Of a stretch of DNA of 64,000 nucleotides, positions 49,916-59,590 are shown in pieces. Origin of the DNA: Spirochaetia bacterium (GTDB taxonomy: Bacteria > Spirochaetota > Spirochaetia > UBA9216). The position numbers were made by a program, and so were the translations under genes. A model generated the notes under the pieces. It ran no database searches and was not told where the DNA came from. It was given only the letters and a program-made list of their open reading frames with translations. Location of the stretch: assembly GCA_963675665.1 (NCBI GenBank), contig OY776510.1:2112001-2176000 (forward strand), given 5' to 3'. Positions within the stretch are counted from its first letter, which is position 1; each line of letters opens with the position of its first letter.

Positions 49916-51358
49916 TCAGGGACGGAAACTGCTGATTTCTCCATCGGCGCGAACATGGGTGATTAGCATGCTGTGTTCAGCGAGATCGATTGTTAAGATT
50001 GCAATTTCAGAATTACCGTTGCGCCTGATAACAAGGGTTTTGTTGCCTTTGTTTTTATCAATTGAGAATTCCCCGGAAAAAGCAGAACAGCTCATGCGGA
50101 ATTCCATCAGCTGCTTCAGGCGCATGACGACCGGGCGTTCCGAATCAGCTTTGATTTCAGCAGTTGTATAATTATGCCGGTTGATATCACGTCCGTTTCG
50201 GGTTTTCTCAACAAGTTCAAGGTCATTGCGTCCGGCGAGCATTCCTACATAGTATACCTGCGGTATTCCGGGAGCAAAGAACTGAATTGCGCGGGCCATA
50301 ATGTAGGCGTCATCATTCTCGCCCATCGCGCTGTAATATGTACAGTTTATCTGATAAATATCAAGGTTGTGGTATTCGGAGGTTGAATATTTGCGGTTAA
50401 TATTAGAACCCCTGCTGTATAATTTTTCAACAGTGAATGCCGTTTGTTCTTCAGTAAGCAGTCCTGCAGCGTCTACTACACCGATACCGTCATGTGTATC
50501 AAGAGTTGTGTACTGTTTCCGGGGGCATATTGTCAGCCAGTATTTAAGCGGGCTGAAGTCTGAAGCATACCAGGAATAGAGAAGCAGGAGGGGGAGCGCA
50601 AAATCGTAAACATAATACCCTTTGCCGGCCATTTTAAGCTGGATTGTATAATGTTCATGCATTTCAGGCAGAAGATCAATTTTAAAAATCTCAGCTATTG
50701 CCTTGAGCCTGTCAAGTGTGTTCCAGATATCGGGCTCAACCATGAAGCAGCTTGTACCGCGCTTTTTTGAAATATATCCGACTGCGTCGAGCCTGACAGT
50801 TTTTATTCCGCCTGCTGCAAGATGTTTTAATGTTTCTTCAAAGAGCTTGAGACCGGCGGATGAAGCAATATCAATATCAATCTGTTCTTCGCTGAATGTG
50901 CACCATATCTTTTTTTCATTTCCTGATTTAAACCTTATTGTCAGCCAGGGCTCGGTGGGCTGTCGTCTGTAGATTTTTGTAATCTCTTCAGGGGTAGGGC
51001 CTTCAGCGCCGAAAATCTGTTCGACCGGCAGGAAAAGATCTGCATATTCCGATTTGTTTTCCTTATCTATCCAGTCTCTGAAATAAACTGATTTTCTGGA
51101 AATATGGTTAACCATAAAGTCGGCCATTATTTCATAATCGGCGCCGAGTTCGGAAAGAGATTCCCAGCTGCCGAACGCCGGATCAATTTCCGAGTACGTA
51201 ATCGGTGAAAACCCCCTGTCTCCCGACGACGGGAAGAACGGGAGCAGGTGTATGCCCGAGATGCATCCCGGGAAATATATATTCAGGCAGGAGCGAAGGG
51301 CTTTTATATCGCCTCCGAAGCTGTCAGCATAGGTGATTAATACTACTCCGTTTTTCAT
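49916..51358 (-). CDS. gtfA: sucrose phosphorylase (GH13_18)
   Basis: LITYAD, HLLPFFPSSGDRGF, RLDAVGY, PEMH, THDGIG, NLDIYQIN. Confidence 0.85.
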   Translation of the reverse strand: MKNGVVLITYADSFGGDIKALRSCLNIYFPGCISGIHLLPFFPSSGDRGFSPITYSEIDPAFGSWESLSELGADYEIMADFMVNHISRKSVYFRDWIDKENKSEYADLFLPVEQIFGAEGPTPEEITKIYRRQPTEPWLTIRFKSGNEKKIWCTFSEEQIDIDIASSAGLKLFEETLKHLAAGGIKTVRLDAVGYISKKRGTSCFMVEPDIWNTLDRLKAIAEIFKIDLLPEMHEHYTIQLKMAGKGYYVYDFALPLLLLYSWYASDFSPLKYWLTICPRKQYTTLDTHDGIGVVDAAGLLTEEQTAFTVEKLYSRGSNINRKYSTSEYHNLDIYQINCTYYSAMGENDDAYIMARAIQFFAPGIPQVYYVGMLAGRNDLELVEKTRNGRDINRHNYTTAEIKADSERPVVMRLKQLMEFRMSCSAFSGEFSIDKNKGNKTLVIRRNGNSEIAILTIDLAEHSMLITHVRADGEISSFRP

Positions 51359-51381
51359 TCATTACTCCGTAAACAAAACCC

Positions 51382-51499
51382 GGCCAGGGACGACCCAGAC
51401 AATACATTCTGGCCATGGATGGCCATAGCTTAAAATGCTGAAGTTTGCAAAACATTGCAAACTTCAAAATGAAATTGGACATGGATGTCCAATTTCATT
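51382..51499 (-). repeat. intercistronic copy of the hairpin element (C-B-A-A')
   Basis: mRNA sense: AATGAAATTGGAC-ATCCAT-GTCCAATTTCATT; TGAAGTTTGCAA-TGTT-TTGCAAACTTCA; TGGCC-ATCCAT-GGCCA; GGTC-GTCCCT-GGCC. Confidence 0.85.
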
Positions 51500-52589
51500 A
51501 CCCTTTAACAGATCCCGCCATCAGTCCCCGGACAAAGAACCTCTGGAGGCCGAAGAAGACGACAAGCGGAATTATCATACTCATGAAAGCTCCCGCGGTC
51601 AGGATGTGCCAGTCCTGTCCCTTTTCTCCGACCATGGCGGCCAGTGCGGCTGTGACAACCCTGTTCTTGTCGCCGAGAAAAACAAGAGCAACAAGGTAAT
51701 CGTTCCATACCCACAGGAACTGGAAGATTGCAAAGCTTGCCAAAGCAGGAATCGAGAGCGGAAGCACAAGCTGGACGAAAGTAACGAATGGAGTTGCGCC
51801 GTCGAGATAGGCTGATTCAAAGATATCTCTGGGCAGGTTGCTTATATAGTTATAAAGTAGATAAACAGCAAGCGGAAGCCCGAACCCGGTATGGGCCAGC
51901 CACATTCCAAGATAGGTTCCGTTCAGTCCCCAGCTGGTATAATCTCTGAGAATGGGAATAAGAGCTATCTGAAGCGGAACTACAAGCAGAGCTACAACCA
52001 TTATGAAAAGCGGTTTGCGTCCCGGGAAATCCATCCATGCAAAAGCGTATGCGGCAAAAGCGGCAATGAGTATGGGTATTACTGTTGCGGGAATACTTAC
52101 TGCGATGGAATTCAGTACGGCGTCGGCAAAGTTGTTCCCCTGTCTGGTTATGGTATTTCCCTGAGCGTCCTTGAACGTAATGGTTCCGGCCGACAGAACG
52201 TCTTTGTAATTCTGCAAGGTAAGGTTGGCTCCGAAGCCCACCCATTTCTCTTCGAATACCTCTATTTTCCTTGAACGCTTGTTGCCGTACCATTGAAGAG
52301 TACGGCCTTCGGACACTTCAATTCCTTCGCGCCAATCCTGGAAAGAAGCAGTCACACCTTCGATTTCAATCGGTTGATTGGGATCTGTTTCCGCCGGCAG
52401 TTCGAATTCATCGGATTTCACCGTGTCCTTGTGCGGCAGAACGGTCCACCAGCCTGAAGAATATATATCAGTTGAATCACGCCAGGATGTTATAAAAACA
52501 CCCAGGGTAGGAATAGTCCAGGCTGCTACAATTATTATCAATACAATGGTTACTACCGGATTGCTTTTCTTTTGCTCTTTTTTACTCAT
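51498..52589 (-). CDS. carbohydrate ABC permease (AglG-like)
   Basis: AAYAFAWMDFPGR, PLQIAL, ESAYLDGA, QFLWVWND. Confidence 0.92.
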   Translation of the reverse strand: MSKKEQKKSNPVVTIVLIIIVAAWTIPTLGVFITSWRDSTDIYSSGWWTVLPHKDTVKSDEFELPAETDPNQPIEIEGVTASFQDWREGIEVSEGRTLQWYGNKRSRKIEVFEEKWVGFGANLTLQNYKDVLSAGTITFKDAQGNTITRQGNNFADAVLNSIAVSIPATVIPILIAAFAAYAFAWMDFPGRKPLFIMVVALLVVPLQIALIPILRDYTSWGLNGTYLGMWLAHTGFGLPLAVYLLYNYISNLPRDIFESAYLDGATPFVTFVQLVLPLSIPALASFAIFQFLWVWNDYLVALVFLGDKNRVVTAALAAMVGEKGQDWHILTAGAFMSMIIPLVVFFGLQRFFVRGLMAGSVKG

Positions 52590-53668
52590 TTCAAAGTCCT
52601 CCTTCCCCTGAATTCTCTGAGGTTGTACATCAGTACAGGTACAATTACTACCAGAAGAACAATTGCAATCGCTGAGGCCTGGCCGGAGTGGCCATAAGTA
52701 AACTGCCGCAGGTAAAATTCGTTCGCGATAACATTGGTTCCGAAATTACCTCCCGTCATAACCCTGACAATATCAAAAAGTTTAAGGCTGAAGATCAGTA
52801 TTGTTGTTGTAACCGTGATTAATGTCGGCATGATATACGGGATTGTAATTCTGAAAAAGATTATAAAAGAATTTGCCCCGTCGACGCGGGCCGCTTCATT
52901 TATTTCGCCCGGAATCGCCTTGATTGCTGAAGACAGTATAACCATTGCATATCCGGTCTGAAGCCAAATCATTATCACTATAAGAAAAAAGTTGTTCCAG
53001 AACGGGATTAAAAGCCATGGCTGTGCTTCTCCTCCGAATGATGTGACTATTGCATTTAATAAACCTATTTCAGTAACATTGAATCCTTCGCCTTTATAAG
53101 CATACATAAACTTCCATATTACGCCTGCGCCTACAAAGGATATTGCCATAGGCATAAAGATTAATGATTTAAAAAGCTTTTCGTGACGGCTTTTATCTGC
53201 CAGCACCGCGATAACCAGGCCCATTATTACACAGAAAGCAGTGCCGAAGATCATCCACAACAGATTGTTTCTAAAAGCTTCAAGCATAATCGGGTCGGTA
53301 AAAGCGAATTTAAAATTTGCAAGTCCTACAAATTTCATTGCGTGCGCATCCATAAGGCTCAGCCTGAGAGTTCTGATTGTAGGAACAACCAATGCCCAGA
53401 AAAGCAGGATGACCGCCGGGCCGGCAAAAACGATTGCAACTGCTACCGATCTGATTCTTCGCGGCATTGTTTCGGCGACAGCATTAAGCGTGAAAAAAAG
53501 AAGCGCTGCGCTGCAGAGCCCCCAGATAACAGCAAACAGGGTCATAAGGGTTTTAATTTCCTGCATCATCTGAAGCAGAAAAAAACCGCCGATGAGAACA
53601 ACCGCCGTAATTACCACGAGCCCTGCCAGGACAGCCGGATTCCTTTTAGAGTCAATGGTCATGCTCAT
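52586..53668 (-). CDS. carbohydrate ABC permease (AglF-like)
   Basis: PMAISFVGA, QTGYAMV, EAARVDGA; start after AGGAGG. Confidence 0.92.
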   Translation of the reverse strand: MSMTIDSKRNPAVLAGLVVITAVVLIGGFFLLQMMQEIKTLMTLFAVIWGLCSAALLFFTLNAVAETMPRRIRSVAVAIVFAGPAVILLFWALVVPTIRTLRLSLMDAHAMKFVGLANFKFAFTDPIMLEAFRNNLLWMIFGTAFCVIMGLVIAVLADKSRHEKLFKSLIFMPMAISFVGAGVIWKFMYAYKGEGFNVTEIGLLNAIVTSFGGEAQPWLLIPFWNNFFLIVIMIWLQTGYAMVILSSAIKAIPGEINEAARVDGANSFIIFFRITIPYIMPTLITVTTTILIFSLKLFDIVRVMTGGNFGTNVIANEFYLRQFTYGHSGQASAIAIVLLVVIVPVLMYNLREFRGRRTLK

Positions 53669-53700
53669 AGAAACCTCCTTGGGTTTTTGCATTTAAAGAA

Positions 53701-53735
53701 ACGGGAACAGAACCCGAAAGTGTCTCTGTTCCCGT
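53701..53735 (-). terminator. stem-loop after the binding-protein gene
   Basis: ACGGGAACAG...CTGTTCCCGT. Confidence 0.6.
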
Positions 53736-53758
53736 CGTAAAAAAGTCTGTGATGCTTA

Positions 53759-55090
53759 TTATTTAGGCCATGAAGCGTCGATAGCTTTAAGGGCTTCGTC
53801 AAGTGTTTTGGAGCCTGAAACATAAGCTGTCATTTCTTTCCAGAAAGAACCTGCTCCGACCTGTCCGGGCATAAGATCCGAACCGTCGAACCGAACTGAC
53901 GTTGCATTCTGAATTACTTCCGCAACCTTTCTGTCTACTTCATTGGTGTACCAGCTGAGTTCCGAGTCTTTGTGGGGAGAAATGGCTCCGCCTGCTTTGA
54001 CCCATCCTTCAACTGATGCTCCGGTAGCGAAATACTGCATAACCATTCTTACTTCAGGTCTGTCGTTGAACATCGCATAGATATCGCCGGCAACAAGTAC
54101 AGGGCGCCCGTACTCTGCTTTTACGCTCGGCAGGTAGAAGAAGTCGTAGTCTTTGCCGGCTACAACATTGTCGGGGAAGAATGAGGTAACGAAGTTGCCC
54201 TGTTTGTGCAGCCATGCCTTGGGCGGTTTTTCAAACATAACCTTCGGCGCATCTCCGAAACTGGTTGTCGATATGCTCTTTCTGCCTCCGTAGACCATTC
54301 CGTCGGGAAACCAGATATTGGCTACTGTTTCAATGGCTTTACGTACTTCAGGGCTGTTGAATTTAAGATCGCCTTCAACCCATCGGTCGTAGTTTTCAAG
54401 GCTGGTTGTTCTGAGCATCATTTCTTCAACCCAGTCAGTCATGGGCCAGCCGGTTGCAGCGCCTGATTCGATTCCTACACACCAGGGAGTATCGCCGTCG
54501 GCCATGATTGTTTTCTGAAGCGCTTCGAGTTCCGCCCATGTTTTCGGTACTTTATATCCTGCTGCGTCGAATTCGGCTTTGTTATACCATACAAGTGATT
54601 TACCGTTTACACGGCCCCAGATACCGGCCATAATCGGTCCGTCTGGGGAATCCATTGTAGCCATATCAAGCCAGCTCTGAATGTAGTTTGATTTAACTTT
54701 TCCCATGTCCAGTGCTTTATTTAAATCGACAACATAGCCCTTTGCTACAAAGTTTTTCAGCAGTCCGGGTTGTGGAAAGTCGGCTATATCAGGCGGGTTG
54801 CCGCCCTCAATGGAAATACCGATGGAAGCTTCGAATTCCTTTGAGCCTTCATACTGAATGTCGATGCCCGTCATTTCTTCAAACGGTTTTACAGCGTTCT
54901 CGAATTTAACAGCATCGCTGTCTACGAACGGACCTGCCATTCTGACTACCGTGCCGCGCACTTCGGCATACGGATCATCAGCGGCCGCTTTCGTGTCGGC
55001 TGCTGCAGCGGGTTCTTCCTGCTTTCCACCTGCAAACGCGAAAGACGCAACAAGCAGTATGCAAAGCAATACTAACAGTGTTTTTTTCAT
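53759..55090 (-). CDS. alpha-glucoside ABC substrate-binding protein (AglE-like)
   Basis: GNPPDIA.FPQPG, KSLVWY, GIESGAATGWP.TDW, FDGSDLMP. Confidence 0.9.
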   Translation of the reverse strand: MKKTLLVLLCILLVASFAFAGGKQEEPAAAADTKAAADDPYAEVRGTVVRMAGPFVDSDAVKFENAVKPFEEMTGIDIQYEGSKEFEASIGISIEGGNPPDIADFPQPGLLKNFVAKGYVVDLNKALDMGKVKSNYIQSWLDMATMDSPDGPIMAGIWGRVNGKSLVWYNKAEFDAAGYKVPKTWAELEALQKTIMADGDTPWCVGIESGAATGWPMTDWVEEMMLRTTSLENYDRWVEGDLKFNSPEVRKAIETVANIWFPDGMVYGGRKSISTTSFGDAPKVMFEKPPKAWLHKQGNFVTSFFPDNVVAGKDYDFFYLPSVKAEYGRPVLVAGDIYAMFNDRPEVRMVMQYFATGASVEGWVKAGGAISPHKDSELSWYTNEVDRKVAEVIQNATSVRFDGSDLMPGQVGAGSFWKEMTAYVSGSKTLDEALKAIDASWPK

Positions 55091-55154
55091 ATAAATCTCC
55101 TCTTTTACGGCCATCCGGCCGCAATTTTACTTTTTTACTGAAACCATACCGGTT

Positions 55155-56168
55155 TCAGGTTGTTTTTCTCTCAATAAGGCCGACCTGAAGGTTTACCTTT
55201 TGAATGGTTTCAACTTTTCCGGACATTCTTTCAAGCATCAGTCCTGCTGCAATTCTTCCGGAATCCGTTAAATGCTGCGAAATGGTTGAGAGTTCCATCC
55301 AGTCGGCGGCTTCGATATCGTCAAAACCGAGTATAGCCAGTTCTTCCGGGATGCTGACACCGTATTCCCTGGCAGCTTTCATGACCCCGATTGCGTGCAG
55401 ATCGGACATGGCGAATATCGCGCGCGGCCTGTGTCCCTCAGCCAGAAATTTACTGAATTTTTCATATGCATCAGGGACGGTTGTGGTTGATTCTATTATC
55501 AGATCAGGATCAAGTTCATATCCGTTGTTTCTGAGTGTTTCGCGGAATCCCTGCAGTCTGATCTCGGAGGGGTGGCAGCTGTAAGGGATGTCTTTTGTCT
55601 GGTCGCCGAAGAATGCACAGGGCAGGTAGTTCTTTTTCAGAAAAAGTTCCGCTGCAAGCTGGCCTCCCCGGAAACTGTCGGCAAGGACTCTTGAGTAGTT
55701 TTCATCATCCGATTCAATCATTATGACATTGAGATCCGACGCGTTCAGAATACGGTGCTGTTCGGCGGTCAGGTGTACGGACATCAGAATTAAGCCGTCT
55801 ATTCTTCTGGTGAACGGCACCGATGTAAGATATTCATCAAGCTGCTCGGGGGTTTCAATCGTATAAACAATTACCTCGAAGTTGGCTTCTCTAAGGGGAG
55901 GTATCATTCCGCTGAGCCTTGTTACGAAGGAAGGCGCCGGGAAGAAAGGCGTCAGAACCCCGATTCTGCCTACTGAACGCCTGGCGCGGGTTCCTGCATT
56001 CCCCTGCGGAATGTAATCGAGTTTTTCCATTGCATCGGCGATCCTCGCCCTGGTACTTTCTTTTACATTATCTGAATTATTGAGGAATCTTGAAACCGTT
56101 GTAATACTTACACCTGCTTCCTGGGCTACATCGTAGATTGTCATTCTTTCTGCATTAACTTTTGCCAT
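55155..56168 (-). CDS. LacI family transcriptional regulator
   Basis: TIYDVAQEAGVSITTVSR, GFDDI. Confidence 0.95.
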   Translation of the reverse strand: MAKVNAERMTIYDVAQEAGVSITTVSRFLNNSDNVKESTRARIADAMEKLDYIPQGNAGTRARRSVGRIGVLTPFFPAPSFVTRLSGMIPPLREANFEVIVYTIETPEQLDEYLTSVPFTRRIDGLILMSVHLTAEQHRILNASDLNVIMIESDDENYSRVLADSFRGGQLAAELFLKKNYLPCAFFGDQTKDIPYSCHPSEIRLQGFRETLRNNGYELDPDLIIESTTTVPDAYEKFSKFLAEGHRPRAIFAMSDLHAIGVMKAAREYGVSIPEELAILGFDDIEAADWMELSTISQHLTDSGRIAAGLMLERMSGKVETIQKVNLQVGLIERKTT

Positions 56169-56195
56169 AATTTTCTTCTTGTTTGAAAGAACTTA

Positions 56196-56211
56196 ATGAA
56201 AGTACTTTCAT
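56196..56211. promoter_or_regulatory. LacI-type operator O1
   Basis: Perfect palindrome ATGAAAGTACTTTCAT, 28 nt upstream of lacI. Confidence 0.75.
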
Positions 56212-56330
56212 ATAAATACAGGATAAACCCGAAAATAGTCAATTGTCAAATGAAAATTTTCATGAAAGTGTTGAAAAGTCCAATTATACGCTGTTTGCAT
56301 GAGTTTTGAAGGAAAAGGAAGGTTAATTTA

Positions 56331-56346
56331 ATGAAAGAGCTTTCAT
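56331..56346. promoter_or_regulatory. LacI-type operator O2
   Basis: Near-perfect palindrome ATGAAAGAGCTTTCAT (one mismatched pair), 135 bp from O1. Confidence 0.7.
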
Positions 56347-56601
56347 TGAATTAAGAGAAGTCAGGATGGAGTATCTGTATATTTAATTCAACAGTTCCGT
56401 TGAACAGGAAAAGCGGTCTTCAGCCGGAATCCAGGTTTTACTTACCCGGGTATTTATATCTTTACAGCGGAATTCTGTTCAGGTAATGGTATATAGACTC
56501 TCATATAAATAAAAAAATAACTATAACAAATAAAAAACATGTCAAAATTTTGAAAAACAAAGAAAAAAATCTATAAATTAACATAAAACAAAATTTATAA
56601 C

Positions 56602-56630
56602 TTGACAACAACTGAAAGGATAGATAAGCT
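56602..56630 (+). promoter_or_regulatory. sigma70 promoter of the aldehyde dehydrogenase-LIV operon
   Basis: TTGACA-17-TAAGCT with A-tract-rich DNA upstream. Confidence 0.55.
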
Positions 56631-56697
56631 GATTTATAAGGTATGCTGCTGATTTTTGATGGGTAAAAATTACAGTTGCTGACAGTACCAGGAGGAG

Positions 56698-56780
56698 TAA
56701 TAAAACATCATGGACGATATTTTATTATTTTGAAGTTTGCATTCGCAAGCTTCTTCTCCAACAGCCGCCATTCACGGCGG
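56698..56780 (+). repeat. leader copy of the hairpin element (C-B-A)
   Basis: TAATAAAACATC-ATGGAC-GATATTTTATTA; GAAGTTTGC-ATTC-GCAAGCTTC; CCGCC-ATTCAC-GGCGG. Confidence 0.78.
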
Positions 56781-56802
56781 GAACATTTTATAGGAGGAAT
56801 AA

Positions 56803-58299
56803 ATGACAGTGGAATTCAAACTTCCTGAAGTACTCCAAGATAAAGCCAATCTGATTGGCGGTGTGCATTGCAATGCAAAATCAGGAAAGACCTTTGATCT
56901 CATCAGTCCTGTTACAGGGGAGGTTTTGGCAAAAATACCACTCTGTGATAAAGGGGATGTAGATGCTGCCGTGGCAGCGGCGAAAACTGCCTGGGAGCCT
57001 TATAAACTGACACCGATTTTCAAACGAGCCGAACTTATGCTCAGGATTGCTGAATTGATAAGAGAAAATGCAGAAACAATTGCCATGCTGAAAACTTTTG
57101 AAATGGGAAAATCCTATGAGCATGAATCAATGCCGTGCGCTCTTGAGACCGCGAAAAACTTTCAACTTGCCGGTGAAGATATCGTACGGATGGAGACTCC
57201 GATTATTCCGATGGAAGACCCTGATAAACGTGTCTTCACTCAGAGAGAGGGTGTGGGCGTAATGGCTGTTATTACTCCATGGAATTTCCCCACAACTATC
57301 CCGTCTGAATATCTTGGACCCGGACTTGCCGCAGGAAATTCCATAGTGATTAAACCTGCGTCTACAACCCCGCTTTCGATGATTATGGTAGGTTTTCTTA
57401 TTCAGCAGGCCCTTGATGAATTTGATATGCCGAAAGGCACTTTCAATCTTATTACAGGACCGGGTTCAACGGTCGGCGACTATCTTGTGTCGCACGAGGA
57501 TGTCGATATGATAGGGTTTACCGGCGAGACTGTTACCGGTCAATCGATTTGTTCAAGGGCCGGAATCAAAAAGACGCTGATGGAACTCGGCGGCAACGGT
57601 CCCCAAATTGTCTGTGAAGATGCAAACCTCAAGGAAGCTGCAATTGCTGCAGCAACAGGATGTTTTTACAATTCCGGACAGGTGTGCTGCGCCACTGAAA
57701 GAATTCTTGTTCATGAGAAGGTTCACGACAAGTTTGTTGAGTATATGCTCGAAGAAGTCCGTAACTGGGAACTTGGCAACCCGGCTGAATCCGGCGACTA
57801 TAAAATAGGGCCTTTGAATAATGAAGCCACTGCGGTCAAAACCGAAACGCACTTGAAGGATGCTGTTGCAAAAGGCGCAAAAATTCTGTCCGGAGGCGAA
57901 AGAGCTTCGGGATATCCTACAAAACTGTACTTTCCGGCCACTGTTATTGACGGTGTTACGGAAGAGATGCTGCTTAACAAGGAAGAAACATTCGGACCTG
58001 TTGCTCCCATTATCACTTTTAAAGATGACGATGAGGCTGTAAAGATTGCCAACGGAACTGGTTATGGCCTTCAGATGGCTGTTTTTACATCATCAATCAA
58101 AAAAGCGTTCTTTTATGCTGAAAAGCTGAGGACTGGAAACCTGGTTGTTAACGATACTACCGACTACTGGGAGGCGCATGAACCTTTCGGCGGCGGAGGC
58201 GGAACAAAGAGCGGGTATGGACGATTGGGGGGCAGATATACCCTTGAAGATGTAACATCTTTTAAAACAATCGCCATAGATATAAAGAAAACATTATAA
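56803..58299 (+). CDS. NAD(P)-dependent aldehyde dehydrogenase
   Basis: ITPWNFP, FTGE, MELGG, NSGQVC, EETFGP. Confidence 0.95.
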   Translation: MTVEFKLPEVLQDKANLIGGVHCNAKSGKTFDLISPVTGEVLAKIPLCDKGDVDAAVAAAKTAWEPYKLTPIFKRAELMLRIAELIRENAETIAMLKTFEMGKSYEHESMPCALETAKNFQLAGEDIVRMETPIIPMEDPDKRVFTQREGVGVMAVITPWNFPTTIPSEYLGPGLAAGNSIVIKPASTTPLSMIMVGFLIQQALDEFDMPKGTFNLITGPGSTVGDYLVSHEDVDMIGFTGETVTGQSICSRAGIKKTLMELGGNGPQIVCEDANLKEAAIAAATGCFYNSGQVCCATERILVHEKVHDKFVEYMLEEVRNWELGNPAESGDYKIGPLNNEATAVKTETHLKDAVAKGAKILSGGERASGYPTKLYFPATVIDGVTEEMLLNKEETFGPVAPIITFKDDDEAVKIANGTGYGLQMAVFTSSIKKAFFYAEKLRTGNLVVNDTTDYWEAHEPFGGGGGTKSGYGRLGGRYTLEDVTSFKTIAIDIKKTL

Positions 58300-58310
58300 G
58301 GGAGAATAAA

Positions 58311-59543
58311 ATGAAAAAAACTGGAATTATCGCAATTATCTTTACAGTATGCATGCTGTCCGCGGTTTTTGCCGGCGGCCAGTCTGAAGCTGAGGATGAG
58401 GTTATCAAGATTGGCGCTCCGCTTCCGTTAACCGGTGCATATGCTGCTGACGGCGAGCATATGTTAATGGGAATGGAACTTGCTGTTGACGACCTTAATG
58501 CGGCAGGGGGAGTTCTGGGCAAGAAGGTGGAACTTGTAACATTTGATATTGAAGATCTCCTCGCCGAGACAGTTACAACTTCTGCTGAATATCTTCTCAA
58601 GAAGGAAAAAGTGGATGTTGTTGTTGAAGGTTACGGAGGATGGGGCCCGGACTTTCTTTCGTTCGGCGTTAAAAGCAGCGTGCCGTTCTTTCACGGCAGC
58701 GGTTCGATTCAGGGCGCTAATATGGTTGCTGATGATCCTGCTTCCTGCTCGAATATGTTCCAGGTTTTTTCGACTGAAGGGGGCTACGGGATAAGGGCTT
58801 ACCAGGGGTTGACCCAATTTTCTGATGAATATGTGTACCCGAATAAAAAAATTGCCTTGATTCATGGTGATCTTGAATGGGACCTTTTCTACACTGCCGC
58901 CGTTAAGGATTACGCCGAGGCTGACGGTTGGGAAGTTGTAATGGATGAAACTGTTCCGTACGGAACTACCGACTGGGGGTCAATTCTTCTGAAAATAAGA
59001 GAAGAAAAACCTGCAGCTATTGTCTGTTCAATTCTGTCTGTCGCCGACATCTCCTCTTTTACTCAGCAGTTTATGGAAAATCCCACACCTTCAATGCTTG
59101 ATATATCTTATATGGTAGTTTTTACCGAAACACAGGAAGCGGTAGGAGAAAAACTGAAAGGCGTAATGGGCTATGTCACAAGTTATGTTCCGCCCAGCGC
59201 TGAAGGCGATGCATGGAAAAAAAGATTTAAAGCAAAGTTCGGAATGGATGTTCCTCTTACCACACCTCCTTCAACCTATGATTCTATCATGATTTGGGCG
59301 GCAGCTGCTGAAAAGGTCGGAGATGCAAAAGATTATGAAGCAATTTGTGATGTTATCCGCACTGAACCTTACAAAGGCTTGTTGGGAATTTACGATTTCA
59401 ATAATGCCCAGCAGACTGTTCAGGTGGGACCGGATTTCCCGATTGCTTACGGACAGTACCTGGGTAACGGCGAGCTTGCTTTTTACGGCTCCGATGATTT
59501 TATTTTCCCGCCCTGGATTAGTCCTGAATGGAAGAAGAAATAA
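58311..59543 (+). CDS. LIV-type ABC substrate-binding protein
   Basis: IKIGAPLPLTG...G..LAVDDLNAAGGVLG. Confidence 0.9.
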   Translation: MKKTGIIAIIFTVCMLSAVFAGGQSEAEDEVIKIGAPLPLTGAYAADGEHMLMGMELAVDDLNAAGGVLGKKVELVTFDIEDLLAETVTTSAEYLLKKEKVDVVVEGYGGWGPDFLSFGVKSSVPFFHGSGSIQGANMVADDPASCSNMFQVFSTEGGYGIRAYQGLTQFSDEYVYPNKKIALIHGDLEWDLFYTAAVKDYAEADGWEVVMDETVPYGTTDWGSILLKIREEKPAAIVCSILSVADISSFTQQFMENPTPSMLDISYMVVFTETQEAVGEKLKGVMGYVTSYVPPSAEGDAWKKRFKAKFGMDVPLTTPPSTYDSIMIWAAAAEKVGDAKDYEAICDVIRTEPYKGLLGIYDFNNAQQTVQVGPDFPIAYGQYLGNGELAFYGSDDFIFPPWISPEWKKK

Positions 59544-59549
59544 ATATTT

Positions 59550-59576
59550 AACGGAGGCGGCTTGAGCCGCCTCCGT
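59550..59576 (+). terminator. stem-loop after the binding-protein gene
   Basis: ACGGAGGCGGC-TTGA-GCCGCCTCCGT. Confidence 0.65.
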
Positions 59577-59590
59577 ATCTGGAGTAATTG

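Noticed and set aside
56710-56733. Leader peptide MDDILLF
   Set aside because: The SD is about 12 nt away, the ATG lies in a hairpin loop, and there is no run of regulatory codons.
56631-56800. Known riboswitch (lysine, glycine or T-box) in the ALDH leader
   Set aside because: No recognisable consensus motifs; most of the structure is explained by the dispersed hairpin element. An Rfam scan would be decisive.
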